Shown here in pieces: positions 44,949 to 54,475 of a stretch of DNA of 64,000 bases. Location of the stretch: assembly GCA_016875215.1 (NCBI GenBank), contig VGRX01000003.1, positions 4,018 to 68,017 of the forward strand, read 5' to 3'. Source of the stretch: Deltaproteobacteria bacterium (GTDB lineage Bacteria > Myxococcota_A > UBA9042 > CAIXZC01). The translations under genes and the position numbers were made by a program. Below the pieces are notes generated by a model. The model searched no databases. It saw only the letters and a list, made by a program, of their open reading frames with translations, and had not been told where the DNA came from. Position 1 is the stretch's first letter. Each line of letters opens with the position of its first letter.

Positions 44949-45296
44949 TCAGTTGCCTGTCGCGTCGCTCGCGACGGCATCGGGAGAGGGCTCCGGTGTG
45001 TCGACCTCGGCGGGCCCAGCCGGATCCTCGAGGATCTCGGCCAGATCGGACGGCGTCGTCTCTGCAAACGAATCCGGGGGCATCCGCCCGTCCGCAGGCA
45101 GGATCTCGGTCCCCAGGTCAATTGCCGCATCCACAGCCACGTCCGCAGGTCCGGGCAGCACGAGGTCCAGCTCGCCGGCCGGCGTGGAGATCCGGCAGAC
45201 TCCCCCGTTCATCTCGGAACCGGCCGGGCAGAGTCGATCCCCGGAGCATCCGAGCCCGAGTACGACTGCCGCGACCGCCAGGAAAACACGCACCAT
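44949..45296 (-). CDS. Small acidic Pro-rich lipoprotein (115 aa), hypothetical
   Basis: Internal start ATG 45296 with RBS GGGAGGCGG; MVRVFLAVAAVVLGLGCSG lipobox. Confidence 0.5.
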   Translation of the reverse strand: MVRVFLAVAAVVLGLGCSGDRLCPAGSEMNGGVCRISTPAGELDLVLPGPADVAVDAAIDLGTEILPADGRMPPDSFAETTPSDLAEILEDPAGPAEVDTPEPSPDAVASDATGN

Positions 45297-45502
45297 GTAC
45301 CGCCTCCCGCAGCGTAACGTAATAGAATCGGGGTGCGGCGTCAAGGTGGCGATGAGCGGGGGCATCTCCGGAATTCCTATCTGTTCTACGTGCGCCCATG
45401 CGCGTCGACGTGCGCCCATGCGCGACGCGATTTCTCGACTCGATCCCCCTCTGCGGGTAGGATTGGATTCCAGCCGTTGCATCCGCAGGAGGTTCGACGA
45501 CC

Positions 45503-46948
45503 ATGGACAAGCCTCGTGCCACCCTTGCCCGCAACCTGGGATTGCTGACGACGACTGCGATCGTCGTCGGCTCGGTCATCGGGTCCGGGATCTTCAAGAA
45601 GCCCGCGGTCATGGCCGCCCAGCTCGGCTCGGGGGAGCTGCTGCTCGCGGTCTGGGTCGTCGCGGGAATCCTGACCCTCTTCGGCGCTCTGACCAATGCC
45701 GAGATTGCCAGCATGTTCCCGGTGACCGGCGGCCAGTACGAGTTCTTCCGCCGGATGTTCGGGGACTTCACCGCGTACCTGTACGGCTGGGCCGTGTTTG
45801 CGGTCATCCAGACCGGCTCCATCGCATCGATTGCCTACATCTTCTCGGAGTATGCCGAGGTCTTCGTACCGCTCCCGAGATTCCCGCCGGGCATCGAGCA
45901 GGCCCTGGTGCTGAACCTGCCTCTGCTGGGTACCATCACGCCGCTGGCCAACATCGGGGTCAAGGCGCTCACCATCCTGCTGGTGTGCGGGCTCACGACC
46001 GTCAACTACCTGGGCGTACGGTTCGGCGGCGCGGTCCAGGTCACGTTCACCACCCTCAAGGTGGCCGCCATCCTGGTGCTGGTCGCTGCCGGATTCCTGC
46101 TTACGGGGCGGGCCGTCGATCCGGCGCCGGTGGCGAACGTCGTCTCCCACTCCGGGACGCCCATGATCCTGGCGTTCGCTGCCGCCATGTCCGGCGCGTT
46201 CTGGGCCTACGACGGCTGGAACAACATCACCTACGTGGCCGGCGAGGTGAAGGACCCGCAGCGGACCGTCCCCCGAGCGCTTTTCATCGGGACGGGCATC
46301 ATCATTGCGGTCTATGTCATGGTCAACCTGGCCTATCTCCATGTGCTGCCCATCGAGGCCATGGCCGGCTCGCAGCTCGTGGCCTCGGACATGGCCAACG
46401 CGGTCATGGGCGGCCTCGGGAGCGGATTCGTCGCCGCTGCCGTGATGATCTCGACCTTCGGCACGGCCAACGGGACCATCCTGGCAAGCGCACGGGTCTA
46501 CTTCGCCATGTCGAACCGGGGTCGTTTCTTCCGCCCCATCGGCAACATCCACCCCGTCTTCCGGACCCCGGGAAACGCCCTGATCCTCCAGGCCTCCTGG
46601 ACTTCCCTGCTCGTCCTTTCCGGGACCTTCGACACCTTGACCGACATGCTGATCTTCGTGAGCTGGGTCTTCTACGCGCTCGGCGCAGCGGGCATCTTCG
46701 TGCTGCGTCGGACCCTGCGGGATGCACCCCGGCCCTACAAGGTCTGGGGCTATCCGTTCGTCCCCGCCATCTTCGTGCTGGTGGCCACGGCCTACGTCGT
46801 CCTCACGCTCTGGAACGACATCGCTGCGTTCCAGCGCGGGGAGGTCCCCATGGTGAACTCGGTGTTCGGCCTGCTGCTCGTGGCAACGGGGATCCCGTTC
46901 TACCTGGCATTCCGAAGACGGCCGGCGCTTCCCGGGACGGCCGAGTAG
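45503..46948 (+). CDS. Amino acid permease (APC superfamily)
   Basis: 12 TM segments; N-terminal GxxIGSGIF consensus (VIGSGIFKKP). Confidence 0.9.
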   Translation: MDKPRATLARNLGLLTTTAIVVGSVIGSGIFKKPAVMAAQLGSGELLLAVWVVAGILTLFGALTNAEIASMFPVTGGQYEFFRRMFGDFTAYLYGWAVFAVIQTGSIASIAYIFSEYAEVFVPLPRFPPGIEQALVLNLPLLGTITPLANIGVKALTILLVCGLTTVNYLGVRFGGAVQVTFTTLKVAAILVLVAAGFLLTGRAVDPAPVANVVSHSGTPMILAFAAAMSGAFWAYDGWNNITYVAGEVKDPQRTVPRALFIGTGIIIAVYVMVNLAYLHVLPIEAMAGSQLVASDMANAVMGGLGSGFVAAAVMISTFGTANGTILASARVYFAMSNRGRFFRPIGNIHPVFRTPGNALILQASWTSLLVLSGTFDTLTDMLIFVSWVFYALGAAGIFVLRRTLRDAPRPYKVWGYPFVPAIFVLVATAYVVLTLWNDIAAFQRGEVPMVNSVFGLLLVATGIPFYLAFRRRPALPGTAE

Positions 46949-47025
46949 CTGGCGGCCGCTCGCCTCCGGTGCGGGGCCCGTACCTTTCCATTGGGCAAAC
47001 GTCAGTGGATCCTGGGAGGCCGATC

Positions 47026-48078
47026 ATGAGAGCGACGTCCTGGTTTCCGGCCCTGCTTTCGGCCGTCGTCTTCCTGTCGCCTGCGTGCCGGCAGGAAGCG
47101 GGCGGAGGCGATGCGGCCTCCGCGCCTGCCGAGGTTCCGCCCGCAGCCGATCATGCGCCGCCGACGGAGCCCACTCTGCCTGCGGTCAAGCCCCCCGCTC
47201 TCCTGGCCGAGCTGAAGATCGATGCCGGCGATGCCGCGCCGGTGAAGCTGGCCTACGTCCCGGTCGAGAAGGCCGAGTACGCGGTCAAGCTGCGGCAGGT
47301 GAGCACCCAGCACCCGGCCGGCAAGACCATCTCCATGGGCATGGAGCAGTCGTTCCTCCTGGAGAAGGCGCTCATCGAAGGCGGCGACCGCACCGCATGG
47401 GCTTTGAACCTGCGCATCCGCGACCTGGCGATCAAGCCCGACGGCAAGTCGAAGGACAAGGAGATGGATGCGGCCATGGCATCCCTTCGCGATGCCATCG
47501 AGAAGGCCCGCTTCCGACTCCACACGACATCAACCGGCAAGGTGGAGCAGTTCGCTCTGGAAGGCGAGGGGGCCGAGCGCTGGGCCGGCATGAAGGACGT
47601 GCTCGAGCAGCTCATCCGGGATGCGGTCATCGAGCTGCCCGACCATCCCGTCAAGCCCGGAGAGTCCTGGCAGGCCGACCGGGAGACCAAGGTGGACCGG
47701 CGCAAGACCGTCAACCGGATCCGGTTCACCATCAAGTCCACGTTTGCCGGCATGACCCGACTGGCAGGGCACTGCGAGCGTTGCGCAGTAGTGCAGACCG
47801 ACAGTCGTTTCGTGATCGACGGAGATGTGACCGCACCCGGAATGACCGGGAAGACAGCGGGGAAGGGGCAGGGGACCGGGGTCGCGGTCATCGACCTGGA
47901 ACGCGGGATCATCGTGAAGTCGGCGATGGCCACCGCATCCGGTCAGGCATTCGAAATCCGCAGCAAGGGACGTTCGCAGAAGTTCGACGAAGTCATGGAG
48001 TCGGCCTACTCTCAGGAACTGGTCGAGCCCGGCTCCAAGGAGCCCCCCAAACCCCAGGCAGGACAGGTTGGAAAATGA
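47026..48078 (+). CDS. Lipoprotein, hypothetical (350 aa)
   Basis: Start ATG 47026 (RBS GGGAGG); MRATSWFPALLSAVVFLSPAC lipobox. Confidence 0.65.
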   Translation: MRATSWFPALLSAVVFLSPACRQEAGGGDAASAPAEVPPAADHAPPTEPTLPAVKPPALLAELKIDAGDAAPVKLAYVPVEKAEYAVKLRQVSTQHPAGKTISMGMEQSFLLEKALIEGGDRTAWALNLRIRDLAIKPDGKSKDKEMDAAMASLRDAIEKARFRLHTTSTGKVEQFALEGEGAERWAGMKDVLEQLIRDAVIELPDHPVKPGESWQADRETKVDRRKTVNRIRFTIKSTFAGMTRLAGHCERCAVVQTDSRFVIDGDVTAPGMTGKTAGKGQGTGVAVIDLERGIIVKSAMATASGQAFEIRSKGRSQKFDEVMESAYSQELVEPGSKEPPKPQAGQVGK

Positions 48079-48656
48079 GCGAAGGACGCGTCATCAAGCG
48101 GTACAGCAACCGCAAGCTCTATGACCTCAAGGAGAGCCGCTACGTCACGTTGCAGGAGGTGGCGGAGTTCCTCCAGGCCGGCGACGAGGTCCAGATCCTC
48201 GACAACAAGACCGGAGAGGACATCACCTCCGTGACCCTGGCCCAGATCCTCTACGAGCAGGAGAAGCTCAACCGGAGCAATCTGCCGCTCTCGACCCTGA
48301 AGGGGATCGTCCGCAGCAGCGGCGAGATCCTGCACAAGAAGCTGGCCAACGTGACCGCGCTGGCCGACGAGGCCGAGAAGAAGATGGCCAGCTTCAAGGA
48401 GCAGGCCGAGCGCAAGGTCGAGAAGATGGGCGAGGATGCCCGCAGCGTCGTGGTCGGCGTGAGCCAGGCCACCCAGTCGGCCCTCGACGAGCTGACCAAG
48501 GCCGTGGACGACCGCTTCAAGCAGCTCATCGGGTTCCCGATCCTGGGGGCCTCCCAGAAGGAGGTCGAGCCTACCACGATCTCCGACCGGCTGGTCGGAC
48601 TGGAGAAGCGAATCAAGGAGCTCGAAGCCCGCATCGCTGAGCTGGAAAAGAAGTAG
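48075..48656 (+). CDS. phaR: PhaR-like polyhydroxyalkanoate synthesis regulator
   Basis: N-terminus RVIKRYSNRKLYDLKESRYVTLQEVAEFLQAGDEV matches PhaR DNA-binding domain; coiled-coil C-terminus; ATGA overlap with previous gene. Confidence 0.75.
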   Translation: MSEGRVIKRYSNRKLYDLKESRYVTLQEVAEFLQAGDEVQILDNKTGEDITSVTLAQILYEQEKLNRSNLPLSTLKGIVRSSGEILHKKLANVTALADEAEKKMASFKEQAERKVEKMGEDARSVVVGVSQATQSALDELTKAVDDRFKQLIGFPILGASQKEVEPTTISDRLVGLEKRIKELEARIAELEKK

Positions 48657-48729
48657 GGCAGCGGGAAGGACGATAGCGATTTCTATTGCGACGCCGATAT
48701 CGATGCCGATGCCGGAGGCCCCGGGTGGC

Positions 48730-48757
48730 TTGCGCACCACACGGTTCTGCTTATATT
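48730..48757 (+). promoter_or_regulatory. Promoter candidate TTGCGC-N16-TATATT upstream of dnaJ-family gene
   Basis: Hexamers read ~25 nt before ATG 48781. Confidence 0.3.
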
Positions 48758-48780
48758 GACCGTGGCGGCAGGGGTGCGAA

Positions 48781-49875
48781 ATGAGAGACTACTACAAGAT
48801 CCTGGGGGTCGAGCGCAACGCGACCCAGGACCAGATCAAGAAGGCGTTCCGGGAGCTGGCCAAGAAGTTCCATCCCGACGTGAACAAGGCCGCCGGAGCC
48901 GAGGCCAGGTTCAAGGAGATCAACGAAGCGTACGCGGTGCTGTCCGACCCGGAGAAGAAGAAGCAGTACGACACGTTCGGTGCGGAAGGATTCTCGCAGC
49001 GGTTCAGCCAGGAGGACATCTTCCGCAACTTCGACTTCCAGAGTGTGTTCAGCGATCTGTTCGGCGGGATGGGGGGTGGCGACGACATCCTCTCCCGGAT
49101 CTTCGGGATGGGGGGAGGGCGGAGAGGCTCGGGCAAGAAGCGGGGCGGGCGATCGTCCGGCCCGGATTTCCAGGGCTTTTCGTTCGAGGGCAACCCCTTC
49201 GGCGGTGCTCAGGGCGGGCCCTTCGGCGGAGCTCAGGGCGGGAATCCGTTTGCAGGCGGCAGTCCCTTCGGCGGAGCTCAGGGCAGGCCCTTCGGCGGGG
49301 CTCAGGGCAGGCCCTTCGGGGGCGGATCGTGTGCGGACGGCTCGTGCGGGCAGCAGCGGAGCAATGATGTCGAGGCCGAGCTGACCATCACGCTCGACGA
49401 GGCCATGGCCGGGGGCAAGCGCCGGGTCAGCCTCGAAGGCGGCGGTGGAGCGGCCCGAGCGCTCGAGATCACGATTCCGGCCGGCGTCCGGGACGGCCAG
49501 AGGCTGCGGCTGGCCGGCAAGGGGAATCCGGGGGGCGGCGGGCAGGCCGGAGACCTGCTGCTTCGCATCCGCGTGGCCCCGCATCCGCTCTTCCGCATCG
49601 AGGGGGACGACCTGGTCACCGAGATCGACGTCCCGCTCACCACGCTGGTCCTGGGGGGCAGCGTGGAAGTCCCGACCCCGGACGGCCCGCGGCGTCGGCT
49701 CAAGATCAAGGAAGGCACGCCCAACCGGGCCCGCATGCGCGTTCGGGAGCAGGGACTGCCCGTCAAGGGGGGCCCCCGGGGCGACCTGTACGTCCTGCTC
49801 CACGCCTTCCTGCCGGAGCATCCCACCGACGAGCAGAAGAAGCTGTTCGAGAAGCTGCGCGAGCTGGGGGGGTAA
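48781..49875 (+). CDS. cbpA: DnaJ-family co-chaperone without zinc finger (CbpA-like), with G/F-rich tandem repeat linker
   Basis: J-domain DYYKILGV...HPD; GGAQGxPFGGAQG repeats; C-terminal substrate-binding domains, no CxxCxGxG zinc finger. Confidence 0.85.
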   Translation: MRDYYKILGVERNATQDQIKKAFRELAKKFHPDVNKAAGAEARFKEINEAYAVLSDPEKKKQYDTFGAEGFSQRFSQEDIFRNFDFQSVFSDLFGGMGGGDDILSRIFGMGGGRRGSGKKRGGRSSGPDFQGFSFEGNPFGGAQGGPFGGAQGGNPFAGGSPFGGAQGRPFGGAQGRPFGGGSCADGSCGQQRSNDVEAELTITLDEAMAGGKRRVSLEGGGGAARALEITIPAGVRDGQRLRLAGKGNPGGGGQAGDLLLRIRVAPHPLFRIEGDDLVTEIDVPLTTLVLGGSVEVPTPDGPRRRLKIKEGTPNRARMRVREQGLPVKGGPRGDLYVLLHAFLPEHPTDEQKKLFEKLRELGG

Positions 49876-49995
49876 CTCCCCACGGCCGAGGCGGGTCATG
49901 GGCCGATGCGGATGGGAATGACGGGTCGGGGGTCGGGCGGGCCTACCCGGGCTGCCGATAGGTCGGATGGGCCTCACGCACGCTGTGCGGATGTG

Positions 49996-51597
49996 CTACG
50001 GGCGCCGGGCAGACCGGCCGATACGTCGGCACAGGCCCAGGAGGGCGAGAAGACCCAACAGGCCGAGCGGCCATGAAGCGGCCGTGCCCGCGGTCCCGGC
50101 CGAGCACCCCCCGGACTTCTTCGCCGGGATGTGCCCGGTGACGCCGGGTTGCGACGGTGCGGGCCCCTCGCCTTCGGCCTGGTAACCCTCGCCGGACAGA
50201 GGGGAATCCCACTCGGGGCCGGCCTCGAGCGTACCGTCGGCCGGAGCGGCCGAATCCGCGCCGCCCGCTTCGGAGGTCAGCTCCTCGAAGCCGTTCTCGG
50301 CCGTTCCCCCGGCGTCGACCTCTTCGGGATTTCCCGTGCCATCTGCCATGCCGGCGTCGGCATTGGCATCGATACCGGCGTCGCAATCGTTGTGGCAATC
50401 GTCCTCTTCCACCACCGGCGGATCCTCGTGCACGGTGTAGAACTCGATCATCTGGCTGTCCTTCTCGCTTCCGTGCGTCGCGGTCACGACGATCTCGTGA
50501 GGATACAGGTCGAGCTTGGTGGCATCGAAGTGGCCTTGCCAGACGTGGTCTGCGATCTGGACCATCGGGATCTCGGTCGTGGAGTCGAGCATGGCGGTGA
50601 CCGAGTCGATCCCGTCCGGGTGGAAAGCGATCGCCCGGATCGGGGCCTGCGCCATGTAGTCGGGGACTTTGTAGTCGTGCTTGTGGTTTCCCGCCAGCCC
50701 CGCGTGCAGCGGCGCCGTGATGAGCAGCATCGGCCAGTCGCCGGCATCGAACGCCCGGGCAGAGAGCCCTCGACCGTCGTAGGCGAACAGACCGATCTGG
50801 AGCTGCTTCGACTTCCCGAGCGATGCCAGGTTGACATGCAGCGTCTGCTCGATCCACTTCATCGCGTAATCGTGCGTGTGGCCGTACAGGTAGGCCGAGG
50901 CCCCCTCCTGCTCCAGGAAGTCCTTGAACTCGTTGCTGCCGAACTCGAAGCCGGAGACCGGGTGGTGGCCCAGCACGGTCATGACCTGCGCCTCTGCGTT
51001 GGCGGCAGCGATACCCTGGGCCCACTGGATGTCCTCGGCCTGGAGTCCCGCTTGGTCCACCGGCCAGAACGCCCCGTCCGAGTTGCAGGTCCGCATGCCG
51101 AGGAACAGGAACCGGGAGTGCTGGGTCTCGACGGTCCACGCATGTCTCAGCTGCCCGGTGGCCTTCCCCTGTACCGAGTAGGCCAGGTAGTGCGGCAATC
51201 CCGGGTCGCCGTACTGGTCGTGGTTTCCCGGCAGATCGTAGTAGAAGTCGGGCGTCATGCCGTTTCCCTCCACGATCGTCTGGTAGTTGCTCCACTCCTC
51301 GTCGAACTGGCCGACCGGGATCAGCCCTCCCCCCGTGCCATCGACCAGGTCGCCCAGGTTGGCCAGGAAGCGGGGTTCGACCGTCTCCACCAGCTCCGAG
51401 GTGGCGAAGTTCAGGTTGTCGGTATCCTGCAGCCCCCCCCAGAGGTTCGCCCCGATGTGCGGGTCGGTGACGGCCAGGAACCAGATCAGGTCGTCGGCAT
51501 CGGCCCTGTAGGTCGCGCTGTCCGGCTGTGCTGCGAAGAGCGGATGGGAGAGGGTGGACAGGGCGAGGCAGAGTAGGGAAGGAGGGAGAGATCTCAC
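49996..51597 (-). CDS. Secreted calcineurin-like metallophosphoesterase with MYXO-CTERM
   Basis: DPHIG and GNHD phosphoesterase motifs; C-terminus GGCSAGTAGTAASWPLGLLGLLALLGLCRRIGRSARRP; GTG start overlaps rpsA stop. Confidence 0.8.
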   Translation of the reverse strand: MRSLPPSLLCLALSTLSHPLFAAQPDSATYRADADDLIWFLAVTDPHIGANLWGGLQDTDNLNFATSELVETVEPRFLANLGDLVDGTGGGLIPVGQFDEEWSNYQTIVEGNGMTPDFYYDLPGNHDQYGDPGLPHYLAYSVQGKATGQLRHAWTVETQHSRFLFLGMRTCNSDGAFWPVDQAGLQAEDIQWAQGIAAANAEAQVMTVLGHHPVSGFEFGSNEFKDFLEQEGASAYLYGHTHDYAMKWIEQTLHVNLASLGKSKQLQIGLFAYDGRGLSARAFDAGDWPMLLITAPLHAGLAGNHKHDYKVPDYMAQAPIRAIAFHPDGIDSVTAMLDSTTEIPMVQIADHVWQGHFDATKLDLYPHEIVVTATHGSEKDSQMIEFYTVHEDPPVVEEDDCHNDCDAGIDANADAGMADGTGNPEEVDAGGTAENGFEELTSEAGGADSAAPADGTLEAGPEWDSPLSGEGYQAEGEGPAPSQPGVTGHIPAKKSGGCSAGTAGTAASWPLGLLGLLALLGLCRRIGRSARRP

Positions 51598-53060
51598 TTC
51601 TTCTTCGTCTTGTCGCTGAGCGCCTTCTGGAGCAGCTCGCCGAAGCTGCCCATCTTGTTGACGCCCTGCTTGGACATGTAGGATTCGAACTCGGACCGTT
51701 CCTCCTGGCTTTCGCCCGACACGGCCTCGAGGGTGACCCGCCGTCGTTCCGGATCGACTTCCCGAACGGTGAGGGAGACGGTCTTCCCCACCTTGTACTG
51801 GGCACTGAGCGGCTCCCCTCGGGTCGTTCCGGCCAGCGAACCCGGAAGGAACCCGACGATCCCTTCCTCCAACTCGACGAACACGCCCCCTGCGCCGATG
51901 CGCTGGACCGTGCCGGCCACCGCCTTGCCGACCCTGTATTTCTCGCCCACGTTGGCGAACGGGTCCACGTGCATCTGCTTCATGCCGAGCGAGATGCGCT
52001 TGCGCTCGCGGTCGATGTTGAGCACCGCGACCTGGACCGAATCCCCGACGTTGACGACGTCCCCCGCATGCCGGACGCGACCCGCCCAGGTCATGTCCGA
52101 CACGTGCACCAGCCCCTCGACGCCCGTTGCGATGCGCACGAACGCTCCGTACGCCTCGACTCTCGTCACGGTACCGGCCACGGTGGTACCCGACGGGAAG
52201 CGGAGCTCGACGTCATCCCAGGGGTCGCTGCCGGCTTCGCGGATGCTGAGCGACAGCTTGTCCTTGGCGGCATCGTAGCCGAGCACCTTGACGCGCACGG
52301 CCTGCCCCTCCGACAGGTGGTCCGCGGGGTTCTCCACGCGGTCCCACGAGATCTCCGACACGTGGACCAGGCCGTCCATGCCCCCCACATCCACGAATGC
52401 ACCGTACGGCATGATCCGCTTGACCGTGCCGTCGATCATGAGCCCCGGCTTGAGCCGCTCCCGCGTTTCCCGGGCCCGGGCCTTGTCCTGCTCCTCGAGG
52501 AGCTGGCGACGGGAAACGACGATGTTGCGCCCCTCGGATGAGAACTCGATGATCCGGAAGTGGAAGCTCTGGCCGGGGTACTCTTCCGCCTTGTCCACGA
52601 AGTGGTTGTCGATCTGCGAGATCGGACAGAAGGCCTTGGACCCGCTGCCCAGCTCGATGCCGAAGCCGCCCTTGCGGACCTCGGCGACCTTGCCTTCCAC
52701 GGGAATCTGGTTCTCGAAGGCATCCAGGAGCACGCCGTCGGTCTGGTGCTCCTTGCGCAGCTTGCGCGACAGGCGCACGCCGTCCCGCAGCGTGACGACC
52801 GTTGCCTCGACGACATCCCCGAGCTTGAGATCGATCTCTCCCTCGTCGTTTACGAACTCCTCGACGTTGATCATCCCCTCGCTCTTGCCGCCGATGTCGA
52901 CGAAGACGAATTCGTCGCCGATGGAGACGACCTTGCCGGCGACCATCTCGCCGGGCCGCACGATCTCCGGGTCGAGGTTCTGCTTGAGCATCCGCTCGAA
53001 TTCGGCCGGGCTGATGTCCCCGCCCTGGTGGCCGTCCTCGGTCTTCACGATTTTCACCAT
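51594..53060 (-). CDS. rpsA: 30S ribosomal protein S1-like (multiple S1 RNA-binding domains)
   Basis: Start ATG 53060 (MVKIVKTEDG, RBS GGAGG) within longer track ORF; at least 4 S1 motifs (GxV..I..YGAFV.I..G..GLVHVSE). Confidence 0.7.
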   Translation of the reverse strand: MVKIVKTEDGHQGGDISPAEFERMLKQNLDPEIVRPGEMVAGKVVSIGDEFVFVDIGGKSEGMINVEEFVNDEGEIDLKLGDVVEATVVTLRDGVRLSRKLRKEHQTDGVLLDAFENQIPVEGKVAEVRKGGFGIELGSGSKAFCPISQIDNHFVDKAEEYPGQSFHFRIIEFSSEGRNIVVSRRQLLEEQDKARARETRERLKPGLMIDGTVKRIMPYGAFVDVGGMDGLVHVSEISWDRVENPADHLSEGQAVRVKVLGYDAAKDKLSLSIREAGSDPWDDVELRFPSGTTVAGTVTRVEAYGAFVRIATGVEGLVHVSDMTWAGRVRHAGDVVNVGDSVQVAVLNIDRERKRISLGMKQMHVDPFANVGEKYRVGKAVAGTVQRIGAGGVFVELEEGIVGFLPGSLAGTTRGEPLSAQYKVGKTVSLTVREVDPERRRVTLEAVSGESQEERSEFESYMSKQGVNKMGSFGELLQKALSDKTKKK

Positions 53061-53386
53061 TGCGTCCACAACCTCCGTCTGGTCCGCTGCCCACCGGGGC
53101 ACATGGCGCCATTCCAATACCATATCGCTGTCCGCGCGGCAACTCAAATCCGGTCCGGGGAGGCCCGAACGCCGGGCCGGAACGGGGTTGGACGCGCGCA
53201 CGAAATTTTTTACTTGCGCGGGTACGGGGTTGTGTGGAGAATGACGAAGTTTTCGGGGGAGGGGTCCGTCCGGGCCGCTTCCTGCAAGCATCCAGCGGTC
53301 TTTTTCCGGGCAGGTAGTTGATTTTGGGTTTCGACCTGAGTACAACGATGGAAGTTTCATGCGGAACCGGGCATGGTTATGCGGAC

Positions 53387-54445
53387 ATGCCTGCCGCAGA
53401 GGAGGGAACTTTGAAGCGGGCGATACTCTGGGTTTTCGCAGGTCTGGTCGTCGTTTCCTCGTGGCCGGCACTGGCGCAGGAGTCTGCAGGGGCGCCCCCG
53501 GCAGTCACGGAGCAGGAGCGACGGCTCGAGGAGGCCAAGAAGGAGAAGTTCCCCATCGGGGCCGGCGTCTCGCTGACCCAGGAGATCGGGGGGGGGACGT
53601 TCATCGACGATCCCTACGTCCGCCGCGCCTCGTACGACGTGAGCCTGGGACTTGCGCCGTACTGGCGAATCACCCCCATGATGCGCCTGACCGCGGGGCT
53701 GAGCATCTCCCAGTCGGTGGTCGAGAACTACGAGAGCTCGGTGACCTACAAGAACCGGCTCCTGCTTTCCGACCTGAGCCTGGGGCTCTCGCACGCTCAG
53801 CTCTTCAAGATTCCGGTCCTCGACATCGGCGTCAACGGGGGGCTTGGAATAGGATTTCCCACGAGCCTGCAGAGCCAGTACCGGACGCTGCTTCTGTCCA
53901 GCAACGCCCGGCTCGGGATGGGACGATCCATCGGCCCGGTCTACATCGCCTACGGCATCTCCTTCTTCAAGAACTTCAACCAGTACACGCAGCCCGTCAT
54001 CGACAAGTCCAAGGCGGGTGAGCACGTCGTGCTGGCCCACTACCAGGGGAACGAGCAGCTCACCACGGACCTGGTGGCGGTCGGCGGCGCCAACACCAGC
54101 TTCGGCCTGGTCAACTCGATCATGGCAAGCTGGAATATCACCGATGCCCTCTCGTTCGGCATCATGTACGCGTACAACAACTCGTGGACCTACACCTCGT
54201 ACGCGAAGGACGAGCTCTCGGCCGAATACGCGGACGGCGGTCAGGGGTACCGGGACAGCCAGCAGGGGGTCCTCGACCTGAGCTACCAGTTCAACGACTA
54301 CGTCAGCGCCTCCATCGGGACCGCAACGATGGTGTCGCCGAAGTCAGCGGACAACAAGGCGTATGTCTTCCCGTTCGCAAACTTCTGGGACGACTACCGG
54401 CGCAACAGCACGTCGGTCTATGTCAGTCTCGGCGGAAACTTCTAG
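53387..54445 (+). CDS. Outer-membrane beta-barrel protein, hypothetical
   Basis: Start ATG 53387 with signal peptide AILWVFAGLVVVSSWPALAQE; alternating amphipathic pattern; C-terminal ...YVSLGGNF with terminal Phe. Confidence 0.6.
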   Translation: MPAAEEGTLKRAILWVFAGLVVVSSWPALAQESAGAPPAVTEQERRLEEAKKEKFPIGAGVSLTQEIGGGTFIDDPYVRRASYDVSLGLAPYWRITPMMRLTAGLSISQSVVENYESSVTYKNRLLLSDLSLGLSHAQLFKIPVLDIGVNGGLGIGFPTSLQSQYRTLLLSSNARLGMGRSIGPVYIAYGISFFKNFNQYTQPVIDKSKAGEHVVLAHYQGNEQLTTDLVAVGGANTSFGLVNSIMASWNITDALSFGIMYAYNNSWTYTSYAKDELSAEYADGGQGYRDSQQGVLDLSYQFNDYVSASIGTATMVSPKSADNKAYVFPFANFWDDYRRNSTSVYVSLGGNF

Positions 54446-54475
54446 GTCATGGGCATTCGCAAGGAGGGAATCCTG

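Noticed and set aside
44944-48078. 1044-aa plus-strand ORF with TTG start spanning the amino-acid-permease region in another frame
   Set aside because: Arg-rich frame; the real genes (APC permease 45503..46948, lipoprotein 47026..48078) are in other frames with good starts; only its last ~350 codons coincide with the lipoprotein frame
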